This document shows positions 1 to 11,784 of a stretch of 64,000 nucleotides of DNA, one piece after another (position 1 is the first letter of the stretch; every line of letters begins with the position of its first letter). The stretch covers positions 158,609-222,608 of the forward strand of contig RQSC01000025.1 in the NCBI GenBank assembly GCA_013416795.1, given 5' to 3'. The position numbers and the translations under genes are program-made. The notes beneath the pieces were generated by a model. It did no database searches and was not told where the DNA came from. It worked only from the letters and a program-made list of their open reading frames with translations. Source of the DNA: Prasinococcaceae sp. CCMP 1430 (lineage: Eukaryota > Plantae > Prasinodermophyta).

Positions 1-760
1 GATGGATGCGTTGGGAGGCGGCGGCGAGGGCCCCCGACGGACACGAGAGGCGCCGGCGGCGTTCGAACCGTGCGCGGGCGGGCGCGGTGGCGGCAGCGGC
101 GTTCGAGCGGGGCCGGCCCCGCTCGCGCATGCACCCCGTTCCCCACCCCCTTCCAAAAAAATGGGAGCGTTTTGCCCTCCCCTTCTATGTATCTGACCGT
201 CTCGTCGCGTGCCCTGGCCGTCCCGACGGCGCGCGCGCGCGCGACACGTTCAGAAACACCTCGATGGAGGTCGTTTCGAGTGCAAAAAAAAAAGAGGGGA
301 GAGGGAGGGGGGGAAGCCGCCTCAGATTGCCACGGCACCGTGTCACAAGGCGGAATGAAAAGCCAGGGACGCAATCCTCGAGTGCGCCGAGCGTCGGGAA
401 CGGGTCCCGGTCGGCGCAGAGCCTCCTGCTCAAGCGTCGTGGGTTCGAATCAGCTTCGACGGTGATAGATTTGTTCAATGAATTTGGAATTCATGAAATG
501 ATGACGTAAACTGCAGAATAAAGTCCAGATCGGCAACGGACGAAGGCCGGTGACGAGTCCTGTTCGAGTTTAGTCGGAATGTTTAGGGTGCACATGTAAA
601 TATATATGCGATACTACATCCAATTCGATTTGATACATTTTGTGAACCCTCCCTCGGATCCGAACCAGTCCGTCGCGGACCCCGAACGCGTCCGCGGGGG
701 GCGCCGCCCGGGTTTTCGCGGCGCCGCGCGGGGTCGCGGACGCCGGAAAGCGCGGAACGG

Positions 761-860
761 NNNNNNNNNNNNNNNNNNNNNNNNNNNNNNNNNNNNNNNN
801 NNNNNNNNNNNNNNNNNNNNNNNNNNNNNNNNNNNNNNNNNNNNNNNNNNNNNNNNNNNN
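761..860. other. Assembly gap (100 N). Other gaps: 24510-24538, 51883-51989, 58367-58497; single N at 25551, 40428, 45344, 53288
   Basis: N characters in the sequence. All lie in very GC-rich 5'/promoter regions. Confidence 0.99.
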
Positions 861-1706
861 TCGAAGACGTTCTGCTTGCGCTCGTAGGTGCCCGCACGGC
901 GCTCCCCCTCACCCCCGCGACTCCCCCCACCCCGCGCGTCCCGCGCGCCGCGCGCGCACCTGCCTGCCTGGCGCGCGCAGAGTGGTCGCACCCGCGCGCG
1001 CGCCAAACGCGAATGCGCGCGCGAATTTTTCGAGCGGTTTCCCGCTCGGGGGTGCCACCCCGGGTCTGAAGGCGGTCCTCCCCGGTCTCACGGAGGCAAC
1101 ACCCCGGCAGAACCGCGGCGCACGCGCGGAAAGACCCGAGCAGACCGCGATCGGACCCGGAACGAACGCGCGGCGGAAAGTAGCCATTTCTGACCCTCGA
1201 GCCCCACACCCCAACCTTCTCTTCGAACACGTTCAAAATGATATAGAATCAGGAGCGTTGGTGTTTCGCCCGCTTCATACCCTAAATGCAGAGCTCAGAT
1301 CGGCGGAAAACTAGACCCTTATGCAGTTCTAACCGCAAATCGTACCCCAAACCTGCACTCGAATCAGAATCGAGCTCGGTGGGAGCGGAAGCGCCAGCGG
1401 CAAGAGGGGAGGCCTGGGCGGCGCGCCAGAGCGCGGGCGTGAGCGACCCCCGTCCCCCCAAAGCCCCCACCCCCCCCTACCTATCTCCCTCCCTCTCACT
1501 CCTCCCCTTTCAAGGCCCCGTGGGTGTCGCGCGCTGGCAGCTCGCGGCCGCGGCGTCAGCGCAGGCGCTCTCTCGGTCCGCCCCCCCCCCCTCCGCTTTC
1601 TGTTCTTTTTCCGCCCACCCACCCACCAGCACACTTCTGCTGCGCGAGTGGGTGGGGGTCGGTGGGTTGTGGGACGCAGTGTCGCCGCAGGGCGGTGCGC
1701 GCGGCG

Positions 1707-2948
1707 ATGGCGTCGGCGCTTTCCGCGGATGGCCCCGCCGCGTCGGCGGCGCGGCGGCGGCGCGAGGCGCGGAAGGGCGCGCTGGCGGCGAGGGCGTGCT
1801 TCGCGGTGATCTACGCGCTCGGCGCCGCTGTGATACTTGCGGGGGGGAGCCGCGTCGCGCAGCGCGGCGCACTGCCAACGGGTGCCGCTGACGTGCTCTA
1901 CGCGGCGGGATTCTGGTGCAGCGTGGCAGTGAGCGCGCTCATGTACGCCAAGTTGGTCGTGTCGGACCCTGGATACGTGACCGCCGCCGACTGGCCCGCC
2001 GGTAAGAGGCTGCCTAAGCTGGGCATGGGCGCGTACGTCAACGACGTGGTCCTCAAGTCGGGCAGCTCTTCGATTCCGCCGAAGCGGCGGTCCACCCCCG
2101 CAGGCGGCGCTGGGCCGTCCACCAGCTACGACAACGCGGCGTTCGGTATCGAGGTGGATGTCGACGTCGACGGAGACGAAAATGACAGCGGCGACAGCGA
2201 CAGCAGCAGCAGCGACGACGAGTGGGGCGAAGACGGCCGCGAGTGCCCCTACTGCCTGGAGCCCTCATGGCAGGCGCTGCGCACGAAGCACTGCCATGAC
2301 TGTGGCAAGTGCGTGCGGCGCTTCGACCACCACTGCGGCTGGCTGGGCACGTGTGTCGGGGAGGTGCGTAGACGGCACGCCGCTCGCAGTTCCCCCTAAG
2401 GTCTGCCGTCGCACCTACATCGCGCTCTGCCACCAGCCATCAAGATGACTGGTGCCGACACTCGCTCGCGCCCCGACTGCGTGCTTGTTCCCTTTGATGC
2501 TCGACCCCAGTCCAACCACCGCCTCTTCGTGTGGTTCCTGTTCGCGCAGAGCTTGAGTGCGTGCTGGGCAACCAACGAGGCATCGACCACGCTCGTGCAC
2601 CGCGTTGAGGTCGGCGACTGGTTCGCGCGCAACTTCTTGGCGCTGGCCGTCGTCATCACTCTTGGCATCATGTCCCTCTTTGTCTTCTCCATGCTCGCGC
2701 ACCAGACCTACCTCGTCGTTACCAACCAGACCTCGTACGAAGCTGCGCGCAGGCACTCCATTCCGTACCTCAAGCGCGTGCCCGACAACGTGTACCCCTT
2801 CACGCACGGCTGTGCGCGCAACGTGGCCCAATTTTGCTGCGTAGGGCTGAACAAGGCGGGCGCGCCCACCCTGCCATCGGAAGAGGAGCTCATGCTCGAG
2901 TCCAAGCGCGAGACATTCTGGGAGAATCGCTACTATACTTGCTGCTAG
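1707..2948 (+). CDS. DHHC-type protein S-acyltransferase (palmitoyltransferase); join(1707..2363,2511..2948)
   Basis: CxxC...[26 protein letters not shown]|SNHRLF zinc/DHHC motif, SDPG motif, TM helices, TNQTSYE and PF motifs. A GT..AG intron at 2364-2510 joins the two ORFs in frame. Confidence 0.93.
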
Positions 2949-4270
2949 CGAGCGGGCGAGCGTGCCGCGGCTAGCGCCCTCGCCCCTCATGCATGCTCGA
3001 GCGCGCAAAGCCATCGCAATCTCACTGAAAGCCTGCGCGTCACAATCTGTATGATACTGTTGTCACATTTTTTTCAATGATGTGGTCACTCTGACTCCGC
3101 GGGCGCTATGCCGTTGCCATCGGCGGCGTGTTGGGTGCGGCCAGTGGCGCGGCCGCACGGTGGCCTGCAGCGCCGCTCTGTGCCAGGCGCCCGCACGCGC
3201 GCGTGTGGACTCCAGCCTCGTCTCCGTCCTCCCTCCCCCTGGCCTCCCCCCCCTGTTGAGCAGTGCCCCCCCACCCCACGCCACACCCCCCAACCCCCGC
3301 CTGCACACACGCCCGCGCCCGCGGGCTGGAGCCACAGAGGGAGGAAGGGGGTGGGGTGGGGTGGGGGGGTGGGCGGGGCGGGGCGACTGCGCCGGCGCCA
3401 GCGCGCTGCCCCTTCACCGCGCTGCCCCTTCAAAAAGCAAAGACAGTCACACCTTCCGGCCGGCCGGGAGCAAGCTAGCTAGCGAGTGCAGATCCCGCGC
3501 GCGCCAGCCAGCCTGTGCGCGCCGCCGGGCCGGCTTCGGCCGGCCCGCCGGCGGAAGGGGACGCACAAATGGGTGGAATATCTGCGCGCGGCTCGGCGCG
3601 CCGGCCCGCGGCCGGCGCATGCCAAACCCGCCTAAACCCGCCGCGCCGGCGGCGGCGGGCGCCGCTACCGCGCGCGCGCGCGATTCGCCGCGCTCGGGGA
3701 ACCCGACTCCTAAAGGCGGAACTGTAAACTCTGCCGTGATCGGATCGATACAGGTACTTTACCACCACCACATTGATATCACGGATTAATAGTTGAGAAT
3801 CACCGTAAAATGAAATCGATATCATTTTTCGCGGCGCCGGCTGGTACCGGTACTGGGTAGCAGGGTTGCTCGCGCAGGCGTCGCCCTCCTCCGTCCCTCT
3901 CCCCTTCTGCGCCCCCGCCCGGCCGAACAGCCAGCCAGCCAGCCAGAGCAGCGCAGCGCGCGCGGGCAGGGGGAGCTGCCGGGCGGGCGGGCGGGAGGGA
4001 GCGTGGGCCCATCGCCCACCACGTGGGGGCTGTCGAGGCACCTCCTGGCGCGGGAGCACGCGCCCACTGCTGCTGCTCGGGGAACTTTGCACTCGGGGAA
4101 CGCCGACATAATAAGGGTTGATGCACTTGGAGGGTTTGTATAAATCGAGAAACGAGGTCATTATGGATGTGGCTTCGTTCGTTCGCGCACGACGGAGGTT
4201 CAGGTTTGGGCGCGGCGGCGAGGAGATCAGCCGCGTAATGGCCAAGCAGAGGGACCTCGAGGCGACCTTC

Positions 4271-4363
4271 TACACACACACACACACACACACGGCGTAC
4301 ACACACGTGTACACAGACACACACACCGCACACACGCACGCACACACACACACGCACGCACAC
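4271..4363. repeat. Imperfect (CA)n/(CACG)n microsatellite
   Basis: Directly visible run acacacacacacacacacacggcgtacacacacgtgtacacagacacacacacc... Confidence 0.9.
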
Positions 4364-4421
4364 GCCCACCCGCACCTACGCTCGCTCCCTCGCGCGAGTC
4401 GCGGCCTCTGCTTTTTTTGAA

Positions 4422-4618
4422 TTCCCTTTCGCGCACTCGATGTTTTTCCCTTTTCCCCTCTCCTTTCGGCCTGCGCATCCGCTGCCCTTACCCATCAGAT
4501 CGTATCATGGTATCATTGGTTTTTACTTCCCTTTCGCGCACTCGATGTTTGCCCCCCTCCCCTCTCGGCCTGCGCATTCATATTCACTGCCCATCAGATG
4601 GTATCATGGTATCATGGT
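4422..4618. repeat. Two imperfect tandem copies of a ~95-100 bp unit
   Basis: ttccctttcgcgcactcgatgttt is identical at 4422-4445 and 4527-4550. Both units continue with cggcctgcgcat and end in cccatcagat(c/g)gtatcatggtatcat. Confidence 0.85.
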
Positions 4619-4936
4619 GCACCACTGCTTTCTTCGAAGTCCTGTGGAACCTTTTTTGATGGTGCGTTTCCAACGGCAAAGTGTGTGTTTGGGCGCACCC
4701 AAGCTTATTAATGCACTATGAACTCGCCCGTGGTTGGACAATATGTGTTTCTCAATTGAAAATACGACATGGGGCGCAAAACGCGTTTTGCGTGTGCTCT
4801 CATCTGACTTATCCGTTCGCGCTCGCGCTAGGCGCGCTGCGGGCGCGCGCCCCTGACGTGCCGGGGCGGCCAGAGGGAGCGCGGGCGGCGGCTGGTCGCG
4901 GCGCGCGGCGCCCGCGCGCGCGCGCGCGTTCGCGCG

Positions 4937-5752
4937 GTGGAGGGCGCGCGGTTCGAGGACGAGCACGCGTTCACGTTCGACAACGTCGTCGCCGCAGGGG
5001 AGGCGCGGGGGCTGCTGATCGCGCAGCGGCGGCTCGGCCCGTTCTTCTCGATCACGGCGAGGTTCGCCGACGCACCGGTACGCGCGCGCTGCTCGATGCG
5101 CGCGCCAGGTGCGCTCATGAGCGCGCACGCGCGCGTTCATCTCGTTGACCCCCCTTCCCCCCCGTTCCCGCACCGACCGGATGCGCGCGCCCAGGACCCG
5201 ACATCCGAGGAGGCGCTCGCGGGCGAGGCCACTGGTTACGTGCTGGGCGCACCGCTGCGCGTGCTGCGCTTCGATCAGCTGCGCGTGTACAACTCGCGGC
5301 TCCGCGGGCGCACGGGCGGGGCGCGCTCGATTTTCGGCGTCGGGGGCTTGCTGGGCGCGGCCGCGCTGCCGCTCGCGGCCGAGGCCGACTGCACCAAGGG
5401 CGAGCTGCTGGCCATCAATGACGTCGAGTGGTACCGCGACAGGCTGGTGAAGTACTATGGACGCCTCGGGTTCGAAGCCGTCAAGGAGGTTGAGGTGCGG
5501 AGGAGGGCGAGCGCGCGCGGCGCGCTGATGGGCACAGACGGTTGCTGACGCGCGGACGCGCCCCAAACCCGCCGTCTCGCGCGGTACGTACGGTCTTGGC
5601 AGGGTGGCATGGACGACCTGGCGGACATGCTCATATTCGGTGGGGCAGGGACGAAGATGGAGGCGAGCATGGCGACGCTCATGCGCGTGGGGCACGGCAT
5701 CGTCACACGACAAAAAAGCGCGACAGGCGGGGGCGGCGCCGCAGACAAGTGA
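4937..5752 (+). CDS. Conserved plant/cyanobacterial-type hypothetical protein with GNAT-like features; join(<4937..5077,5195..5494,5603..5752); start unresolved
   Basis: ELLAINDVEWYRDRLVKYYGRLGFEAVKEV and DMLIFGGAGTKM resemble a conserved green-lineage/cyanobacterial family (recognition from memory). Two GT..AG introns restore one frame. There is no in-frame ATG after the TAG at 4829. Confidence 0.65.
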
Positions 5753-5808
5753 GCCAGCGCGCGCGCGTGGCCAAACACTGCGATGAAGTCATATGTACAA
5801 TAGCAATC

Positions 5809-7722
5809 TCACTCGTCCTCGGCGTCCTCCGCTGCGGGCAAGTTGATAGCGATGCTGAGCTCGTCGAGCTGCTGCTGAGAGACATCGCCCGGCGCGGAGG
5901 TGAGCAGGCACTGCGCGGTGGTTGTCTTGGGGAACGCGATCACGTCGCGGATGGAGCTCGTCCCCGAGAGCAGCATGACGAGCCTGTCGATGCCGAAGGC
6001 CAGCCCGCCGTGAGGCGGCGCCCCGTCTTCGAGCGCGCGCAACAGGAACCCGAACTGCGACTCCGCCTCAGCCTCGTCCATGCCGAGCGCCTCGAGGACC
6101 GCACGCTGCACGTCGGGCCGGTGAATACGCAGCGAGCCACCGCCGACCTCGACGCCGTTGTACACCAGGTCGTACGCGTACGCCATCGCGCCCTCCAGCG
6201 CGCCCGCGGATACCTCCGCGCCGCTCTCGAGGACGGGCGCGGTGAAGGGATGGTGCAGCGCCTGAAGCCTTCCCTCGTCGTTCGTCTCGAACATGGGCCA
6301 GTCGGTCACCCAGAGCACGCTGTTGGGCCTGTCGGAGCCCTCGATGAGCCCCAGGCACTCGCCGAGGTGCAGCCGCACAGCCGACAGCGACGCGGCGACC
6401 GTCGGCGCGTCGCCCGCGCCGAAGAGCAGCAGGTCGCCCTCCTCGACCGGCCCCACAGCCGCGAGGAGCTCGTCCAGTCGTTCGCCGACGATGTTCTCCT
6501 TGATGGCAGCGATGGCGTCCAAACCGCCCCCCTCGGCGATGCGCGCGTACGCCAGCCCGCGAGCGCCGCCCCGCTGCGCGGCCTCCAGCACGTCCCCCTT
6601 CTTGATGCGCACATTGCTGATGCCCTTCGCGTACTCCGCCGGCACACGGATGGCCTTGACCTGCCCGCCCGCGGACACGGCGCCGTCGAACACCTTGAAC
6701 CCGCAGCCTGAGACAATGGCGCTCACGTCAGTGAGCTCGAGGCCGAAGCGCAGGTCGGGCTTGTCGGAGCCGAACCTCTCCATGGCCTCGGCGTACGTCA
6801 TGCGCGGAAACACCTCGGGCAGATCGATCCCGCCCACGCGCGAGAACAGGTCACGCGCGAGGCCCTCGGCCATCGAGATGACGGCCTCTTGGTCGACGAA
6901 GCTCATCTCGATGTCCAACTGCGTAAACTCGGGCTGCCTGTCCGCCCTGAGGTCCTCGTCCCTGAAGCACCGCGCAATCTGGTAGTACCTGTCGTAGCCG
7001 GCCACCATGAGCAGCTGCTTGAAGAGCTGCGGAGACTGCGGCAGCGCGTAGAACTGGCCAGCCTGCACGCGCGACGCCACCACGTAGTCGCGCGCGCCCT
7101 CGGGCGTGGAGCGCGTCAGGATGGGCGTCTCCATCTCGAGGAAGCGCTCGTGATCCTCGAGGTAGCGGCGCAGCGTCTTGATGACCTCCGCGCGCACGCG
7201 CATGCGCCTCTGCATGGCAGGCCTGCGCAGGTCGAGGTGGCGGTGGCGCAGGCGCAGTTCCTCCTTGGGCGGCTCGCCCCCCGCGCTCTTCTCCTCCTCC
7301 TCCGACACGAAGAAGGGCAGCGAGGGCCTCGCGCCGTTGAGCAGCTCGATCGAGGCGCCCAGGACCTCGATGGCGCCCGTAGCCATTCGATCGTTCTGCT
7401 GGCCCTCGACGCGCTCGCGCACGTGGCCTCGCACGCACAGCACGTCCTCATAGCGCAGCGAGGCGGCGTCGGCGCTGCCTGCTCCCAGGACCTCCGGGTC
7501 GCACACCACCTGCACGAGCCCCGTGTGGTCGCGCAGGTCGACGAACGCGATGCCGCCGAAGTCGCGCACGCGATCGACCCACCCACAGAGCGTGACCTCG
7601 CCGTCCTCAGCCGCCGCGCTCTCCACGGAGGTGACCTCGCCGCAGTAGTTGGTGCGCGTCGGCCACGTCATGTCCGCCGGCGCGTCCTTCACGCCGGCGG
7701 TGGCGGCGGCCTCCGCGGCCAT
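5809..7722 (-). CDS. aspS: Aspartate-tRNA ligase, bacterial/organellar type
   Basis: RTNYCG N-terminal OB-fold, [56 protein letters not shown] and [15 protein letters not shown] motifs. The start is either 7722 or 7671. Confidence 0.96.
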   Translation of the reverse strand: MAAEAAATAGVKDAPADMTWPTRTNYCGEVTSVESAAAEDGEVTLCGWVDRVRDFGGIAFVDLRDHTGLVQVVCDPEVLGAGSADAASLRYEDVLCVRGHVRERVEGQQNDRMATGAIEVLGASIELLNGARPSLPFFVSEEEEKSAGGEPPKEELRLRHRHLDLRRPAMQRRMRVRAEVIKTLRRYLEDHERFLEMETPILTRSTPEGARDYVVASRVQAGQFYALPQSPQLFKQLLMVAGYDRYYQIARCFRDEDLRADRQPEFTQLDIEMSFVDQEAVISMAEGLARDLFSRVGGIDLPEVFPRMTYAEAMERFGSDKPDLRFGLELTDVSAIVSGCGFKVFDGAVSAGGQVKAIRVPAEYAKGISNVRIKKGDVLEAAQRGGARGLAYARIAEGGGLDAIAAIKENIVGERLDELLAAVGPVEEGDLLLFGAGDAPTVAASLSAVRLHLGECLGLIEGSDRPNSVLWVTDWPMFETNDEGRLQALHHPFTAPVLESGAEVSAGALEGAMAYAYDLVYNGVEVGGGSLRIHRPDVQRAVLEALGMDEAEAESQFGFLLRALEDGAPPHGGLAFGIDRLVMLLSGTSSIRDVIAFPKTTTAQCLLTSAPGDVSQQQLDELSIAINLPAAEDAEDE

Positions 7723-9356
7723 CACCGCGCTGCTCGTGGCGGCGCCAGGCGCCTCGGCGGCACCGCGCTCGTGGGCGGCGAGTGACGCGTGGGCGACGTA
7801 CCTTGACGCGGTGCTGGTTCTTGCGCCGGAGAGCGGATCCGGTGAGCGGCTCTCGCGCCTTGATGTGGTCAAGCTAGAGGCGAATCTGCGCGCCGCTGTG
7901 GCCGACACCGTCGACCGCAGCGGCGCCACTGACGCCGAAAATGACGTGGTGCTAGCGAAGCTGTACGAGCACAGGTCGTCGGGGCGCGCTTCGGCCTGCG
8001 CGCCGCTGGACGGGGCCGGTGGCAGCTGCGTCGAAGTCGATGTGCACGTGCGTGCGACTGATGAGGCGCATGCGGCTGCCCTTGGCGAGTCGCTCGAGCG
8101 CGGCGTGGATGACGTCAGGAAGACGCTTGGAGCGCTGCGCCCGATGCGCGTAGGCCTCCGCTCGGCACACGCATGGCACGCGCCGAAGATCGAGCCAGCC
8201 ACGGTCAGCGCGCAGCTGAGGCTGGCTGCGCCGCGTGGCAGCAACGCTCTTCTCGCCGGCGATGGCACCGGGCCCGGGCATGCCGGGGAGGTGGGCCTCG
8301 CCACCGCACTCGCGCGCGCACTGAATCTGGAGCGGGCGGTGACGGTGGACAAGTGGGAGACGTACCTGGAGGTGGCACTCCTTGTCACGCCCTCGCCACG
8401 CGTCACGCCCTCAGGCGACGAGACGCTGACGCAGTCAGCGCTGCGCAGGAGCACAAGAGCTGTGGTGTCTGCCTTTTGCCAGCACCATCAACGAAATTCC
8501 CGGTTCGCACACGCACGTACATACGCAGGACATTCATGCTGTGCCGGTGCTGCTGGGGTCCCAGGCTGAGCGCTGCGATGCTGTGGGCCTGCCTACGGTC
8601 GAGCTTGGCTGCGGCCTCGTCGAAATGCGCGTCTTCGCCACCGACGTATACGAGGCGAGCATCTTGCAGCTCTTGCTCGCAGATGGATTCACGGCGAACG
8701 TGCTGGCGGAGCAGTTCGCCGCCGCGGGCCTTGCTTTCAACGCTATTGTGGAGGACTCCCATGTTGTCAGCGCACCGGGCGCGCACCCCGTGCTTCCCTC
8801 GGACATCAAGTTCGTGCAGGCGGAGGAGCTGCCGGGGTGCGCGCTCGAGGCCGACTGGCGCCGCGGCGATGCGGCAGGGAATTACGATTGCGTCGACCTG
8901 GACCTGTTCATTTTGGCGCCATCGAGCGCGAGCGCCGAGGCGCACGCCAGTGACCTGGTAGAAGTCGTCTCGGGCGAGCGGTGCACACAGGAGGAGGCCG
9001 AGAGCCGCCAATGGAAGTGCGCAGCCGTGCAGATGCAGAGCGTCGCCAACCTGGGCGTGCAGCCGTTGCTGCTGGGCGAACCCGCCACATTCGTGAGGCC
9101 CGAGGTAGAGGATGAGGCGGAGCAGGAGGAGGAATCGGGATCATCCGACGACACGACCACCGTCATTGCCTCGGCCGTTGGCGGCGCAGCCGGCGCAGCT
9201 CTGCTCGTCGTCGCAGCCGTATGGCTGCACTTTCGCCGCAAGCGCAAGCAAGGTTTCAAGTGGGTGCATTTCGACAACGCGCTCACTGAGGGCGAACCCC
9301 AGGGGGAGGACGGGATGCCGCAAGACGCCACCGCGGTGGAACTCAGCGAAGTCTAA
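7670..9356 (+). CDS. Putative type I membrane protein (signal peptide, ectodomain, single TM, short tail); probable intron ~8372..8528
   Basis: Hydrophobic N-terminus [30 protein letters not shown], acidic stalk, [26 protein letters not shown] followed by RRKRK. The two ORFs can be joined in frame by a GT..AG intron. Confidence 0.6.
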
Positions 9357-9745
9357 TCGTGCCCACAGATACGTAACATACGCTCGCAACGATGCGAGCT
9401 GCGCATGTCGGCGGTCGCACCGCGTCGTGGCCAATTGTTGCACGGCGCCGTCGGCCGCGTTGCACGGCGCCATCGCCCGCGACACATGGCGCGGCGGCTG
9501 CGAGCGCTGCGCCCGGGGCGCGTGCACAGCACTGCGCGCTGCACACGACAAAGCACCGCGCGGTGCACAGCACTACCGGTCAGATGGTTGTTGGCACATT
9601 CTGATCGTAAATCCTCATCGACAAATGACCGTACAGCACTGTAGATGTATATGCACACGAGCGGAGCGCATGGCGGAGTGCGCCACAGCGCACGTGCGCG
9701 GGGCGCAACGGCCGCCTCCCTGACGGGGTGGAGGGAGGGGCGGCG

Positions 9746-10894
9746 ATGGCGGCGACGGGCGCGGCGGACGCGCTGATGAAAAAGGGCGACAAGGCCGCCA
9801 CGCCGGGGCTGTTCAAGTTCAAGTCGGACTGGGTGGGCGCGGGCGCCGCGTACGAGCAGGCTGCGCTCAAGTACCGCCTCGCCAAGGCGCACGCGCAGGC
9901 GGCGCACGCGTATGAGAAGGCCGCCGACGCGCAGGAGAAGCAGGGTGAGAGCCGCCGCGCGGGCGCTGGCCGCACCTCGGCGCACAAAGTGGGAGGGAGC
10001 TGCCGCGCTGACCTGCGCCACGCGTGCGTTTTTCCGCCCGCGCGCCCGCCCGCGCGCGCGGTGTTGCCAAGGCGCGCCGTACCACGCCGCCAAGCATCTG
10101 GAGAGCGCGGCGAAGAGTGCAAAGGACGCTGGGGGCGATGGCGCCGCCGCGCGGGTTCAGGACCTCGCTGCACAGGCCGCCACGCTGTACTGCGAGGCGG
10201 GGCGTGCGACGACGGCGGCGGAGGCCCTCGGGAGGCACGCCAGTGCGGCGGATGCGCTCGGCGACACCGACGGCGCCGTCGGAATGCTTCGAAGGGCATT
10301 CGAGTTCTTTGAGGAGGAGGCGGAGCACTATGCGGCGGACACTTACCGCGCGGCTGTCAACATGGTGCTACGCCGCAAGCGGTGGGCCGACGCGTGCGAG
10401 TTTCTGCTCAAGTGGGGAGCGAGCAGCGGCCGCTCCAAGGCTGTCACCACCCAGTGCAGGTGCTACCTGTCCGCCCTCGTGGTGCAGCTCCACGCAGGCG
10501 ACTACGACGAGGCCGAGAGGTGCTTCAACGACTGCTGCGCAGTACCCGCCTTTTCCAGGAGCGACGCCTGCGAGGCCGGCGACAGACTGCTGATGGCATA
10601 CCGCAGCGCCGATAGCGAGCAGATCAAGGACGCCGTGAAGGTGTGTGCGCTGCACGCGCGAGCGCAGCCATTGAGAAAAGCGACTCACACGCACGCTGAC
10701 GCCCGCCGGCCGAGCGCACACTGCTTGCCCAGGGGAATGCAGCTTTCGTCCATCTCGAGAGCGCAGTGCTCAGGCTGGCAAAGGGGCTACCGGGGCCAGG
10801 GGTCGACCTCAAAGCGATGGTGGGGGCCAAGGTGAGCGCATTCGCCGACATGAAGGACATGGGCGAGGCGCTGGACGAGGACGACCTGTGCTAA
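9746..10894 (+). CDS. NAPG: Gamma-soluble NSF attachment protein (gamma-SNAP), 3 exons
   Basis: KFKSDWVGAGAAYEQAA, PYHAAKHLESAA, TPR-like helices, YLSALVVQLHAGD and C-terminal EDDLC*. Introns at 9945..10071 and from 10641. Confidence 0.85.
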
Positions 10895-11211
10895 GAGACA
10901 CGAGATGTACGCTGATTAATACAGTGCAACGAATGGCAACGGGCGTACCTGAGGCAAGAGTGACGGCTTCGCGGGGAGTGCTGGCGCTTTCGCTCTGCGT
11001 GAATAAAGAACACACGTGTACTATGCTGAGCCCCTCACGTCAGCACTGCAGCACACGCGCACGATGGCGTCACCACCGCCGAGCCCCATACGCTGACGCT
11101 CGTACCTGTCGAGCTTCTTCTACGCAGTACACTGTACAGTAGCAGGCTTCCAAAGTATCAGATTCAGGACGCGGCGTCGCGGCACCAGCGGCCGGGAAAC
11201 GCGCCGCCGCC

Positions 11212-11784
11212 TCAGACCCGGGCAGCCATGGGGGGCTCCTGTGCGGGCGGGTCGGGGAGCGCGCGCGGGCGCTACCCTGCTCCGCGGAACGCTTCCAGGA
11301 GCGCGCACCACTACCCGGCGAGCTTCTGGCGCATCCCGCGCCGCGCCGCCTCGGAGGGGAAGCTGTGCCGCTCGAGCTGCTCGATCAGAAACGCGAGCAG
11401 CGCCGGGCGGCCGGCAGCCCGGTACTTCTCGCGGTCCGTGCCCATGACGTGGTGCTACCAGACCAGGCTCTCGCTCCTCCAGCGAAACTACTGGTACGGG
11501 TGCGAACAGCTTCCCTACGTGAGTCTGCCAGAGCGCTCGAAACGCTCGAAAGCCCTCTCGATCATACGGAGCACGCCTGGCCTCTCTGCGAGGTGCTTGT
11601 AAAGCTCCGGCACTTCAAACGTGACCTCTTCCCCCTCAAACCAGGGGTCGGCATCGTCGTCATGAGGTCCGCGCGACTCGATGTGTCCGCACTCGTACAG
11701 GCACATCCGGCAGCAGAAGCAGTAAGGCTCGCCGCGTTCATCCACAGTTCTCCCGGGATCAAAGAGCCTTATGCCACCGTTCAT
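11212..11784 (-). pseudogene. Orphan gene, tandem copy 1; as written it has 5 in-frame TAG stops, all inside two complemented blocks
   Basis: Aligns to copy 2 at offset 1195 and ends in the same PPMAARV-TGA. Every TAG lies within 11257-11336 or 11442-11529, where the sequence is the complement of copy 2. Confidence 0.7.

Noticed and set aside
436-456. GGTTCGAATC B-box/T-loop-like motif suggesting a tRNA gene
   Set aside because: The flanks do not form a T-stem, and no acceptor or D arm could be folded.
3720-3830. AT-richer patch considered as a snRNA or snoRNA
   Set aside because: No match to the U1, U2, U5 or U6 hallmark sequences I know, and no convincing box C/D pair with a terminal stem.
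4100-4270. Short ORFs in the gene-free interval (MHLEGLYKSRNEVIMD.. and MTSFLDLYKPSKC..)
   Set aside because: They have no recognisable motif, atypical codon usage and run into microsatellite sequence, so they cannot be supported as genes.
4422-4618. CRISPR-like array
   Set aside because: There are only two long imperfect units with no unique spacers and no cas genes, in a eukaryotic context.
7723-8454. Very long antisense and alternate-frame ORFs (e.g. the AspRS upstream extension, 24831..28151, 46121..48403, 47152..50604, 57704..60847)
   Set aside because: These are Arg/Ala/Pro-rich shadow frames expected from GC3-rich codon usage opposite or alongside real genes, with no domain motifs.
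11442-11529. Ordinary inversion as the explanation for the divergent blocks
   Set aside because: The blocks match the complement in the same direction. They are not mirror-symmetric, so the reverse complement does not match.
11212-11530. Five in-frame TAG codons in copy 1 ending at a conserved TGA, suggesting UAG reassignment or read-through
   Set aside because: All five TAGs lie inside the complemented blocks, four exactly opposite ATC in copy 2. Normal genes in the window (DHHC, SET, GPC1, IFT140) terminate with TAG.
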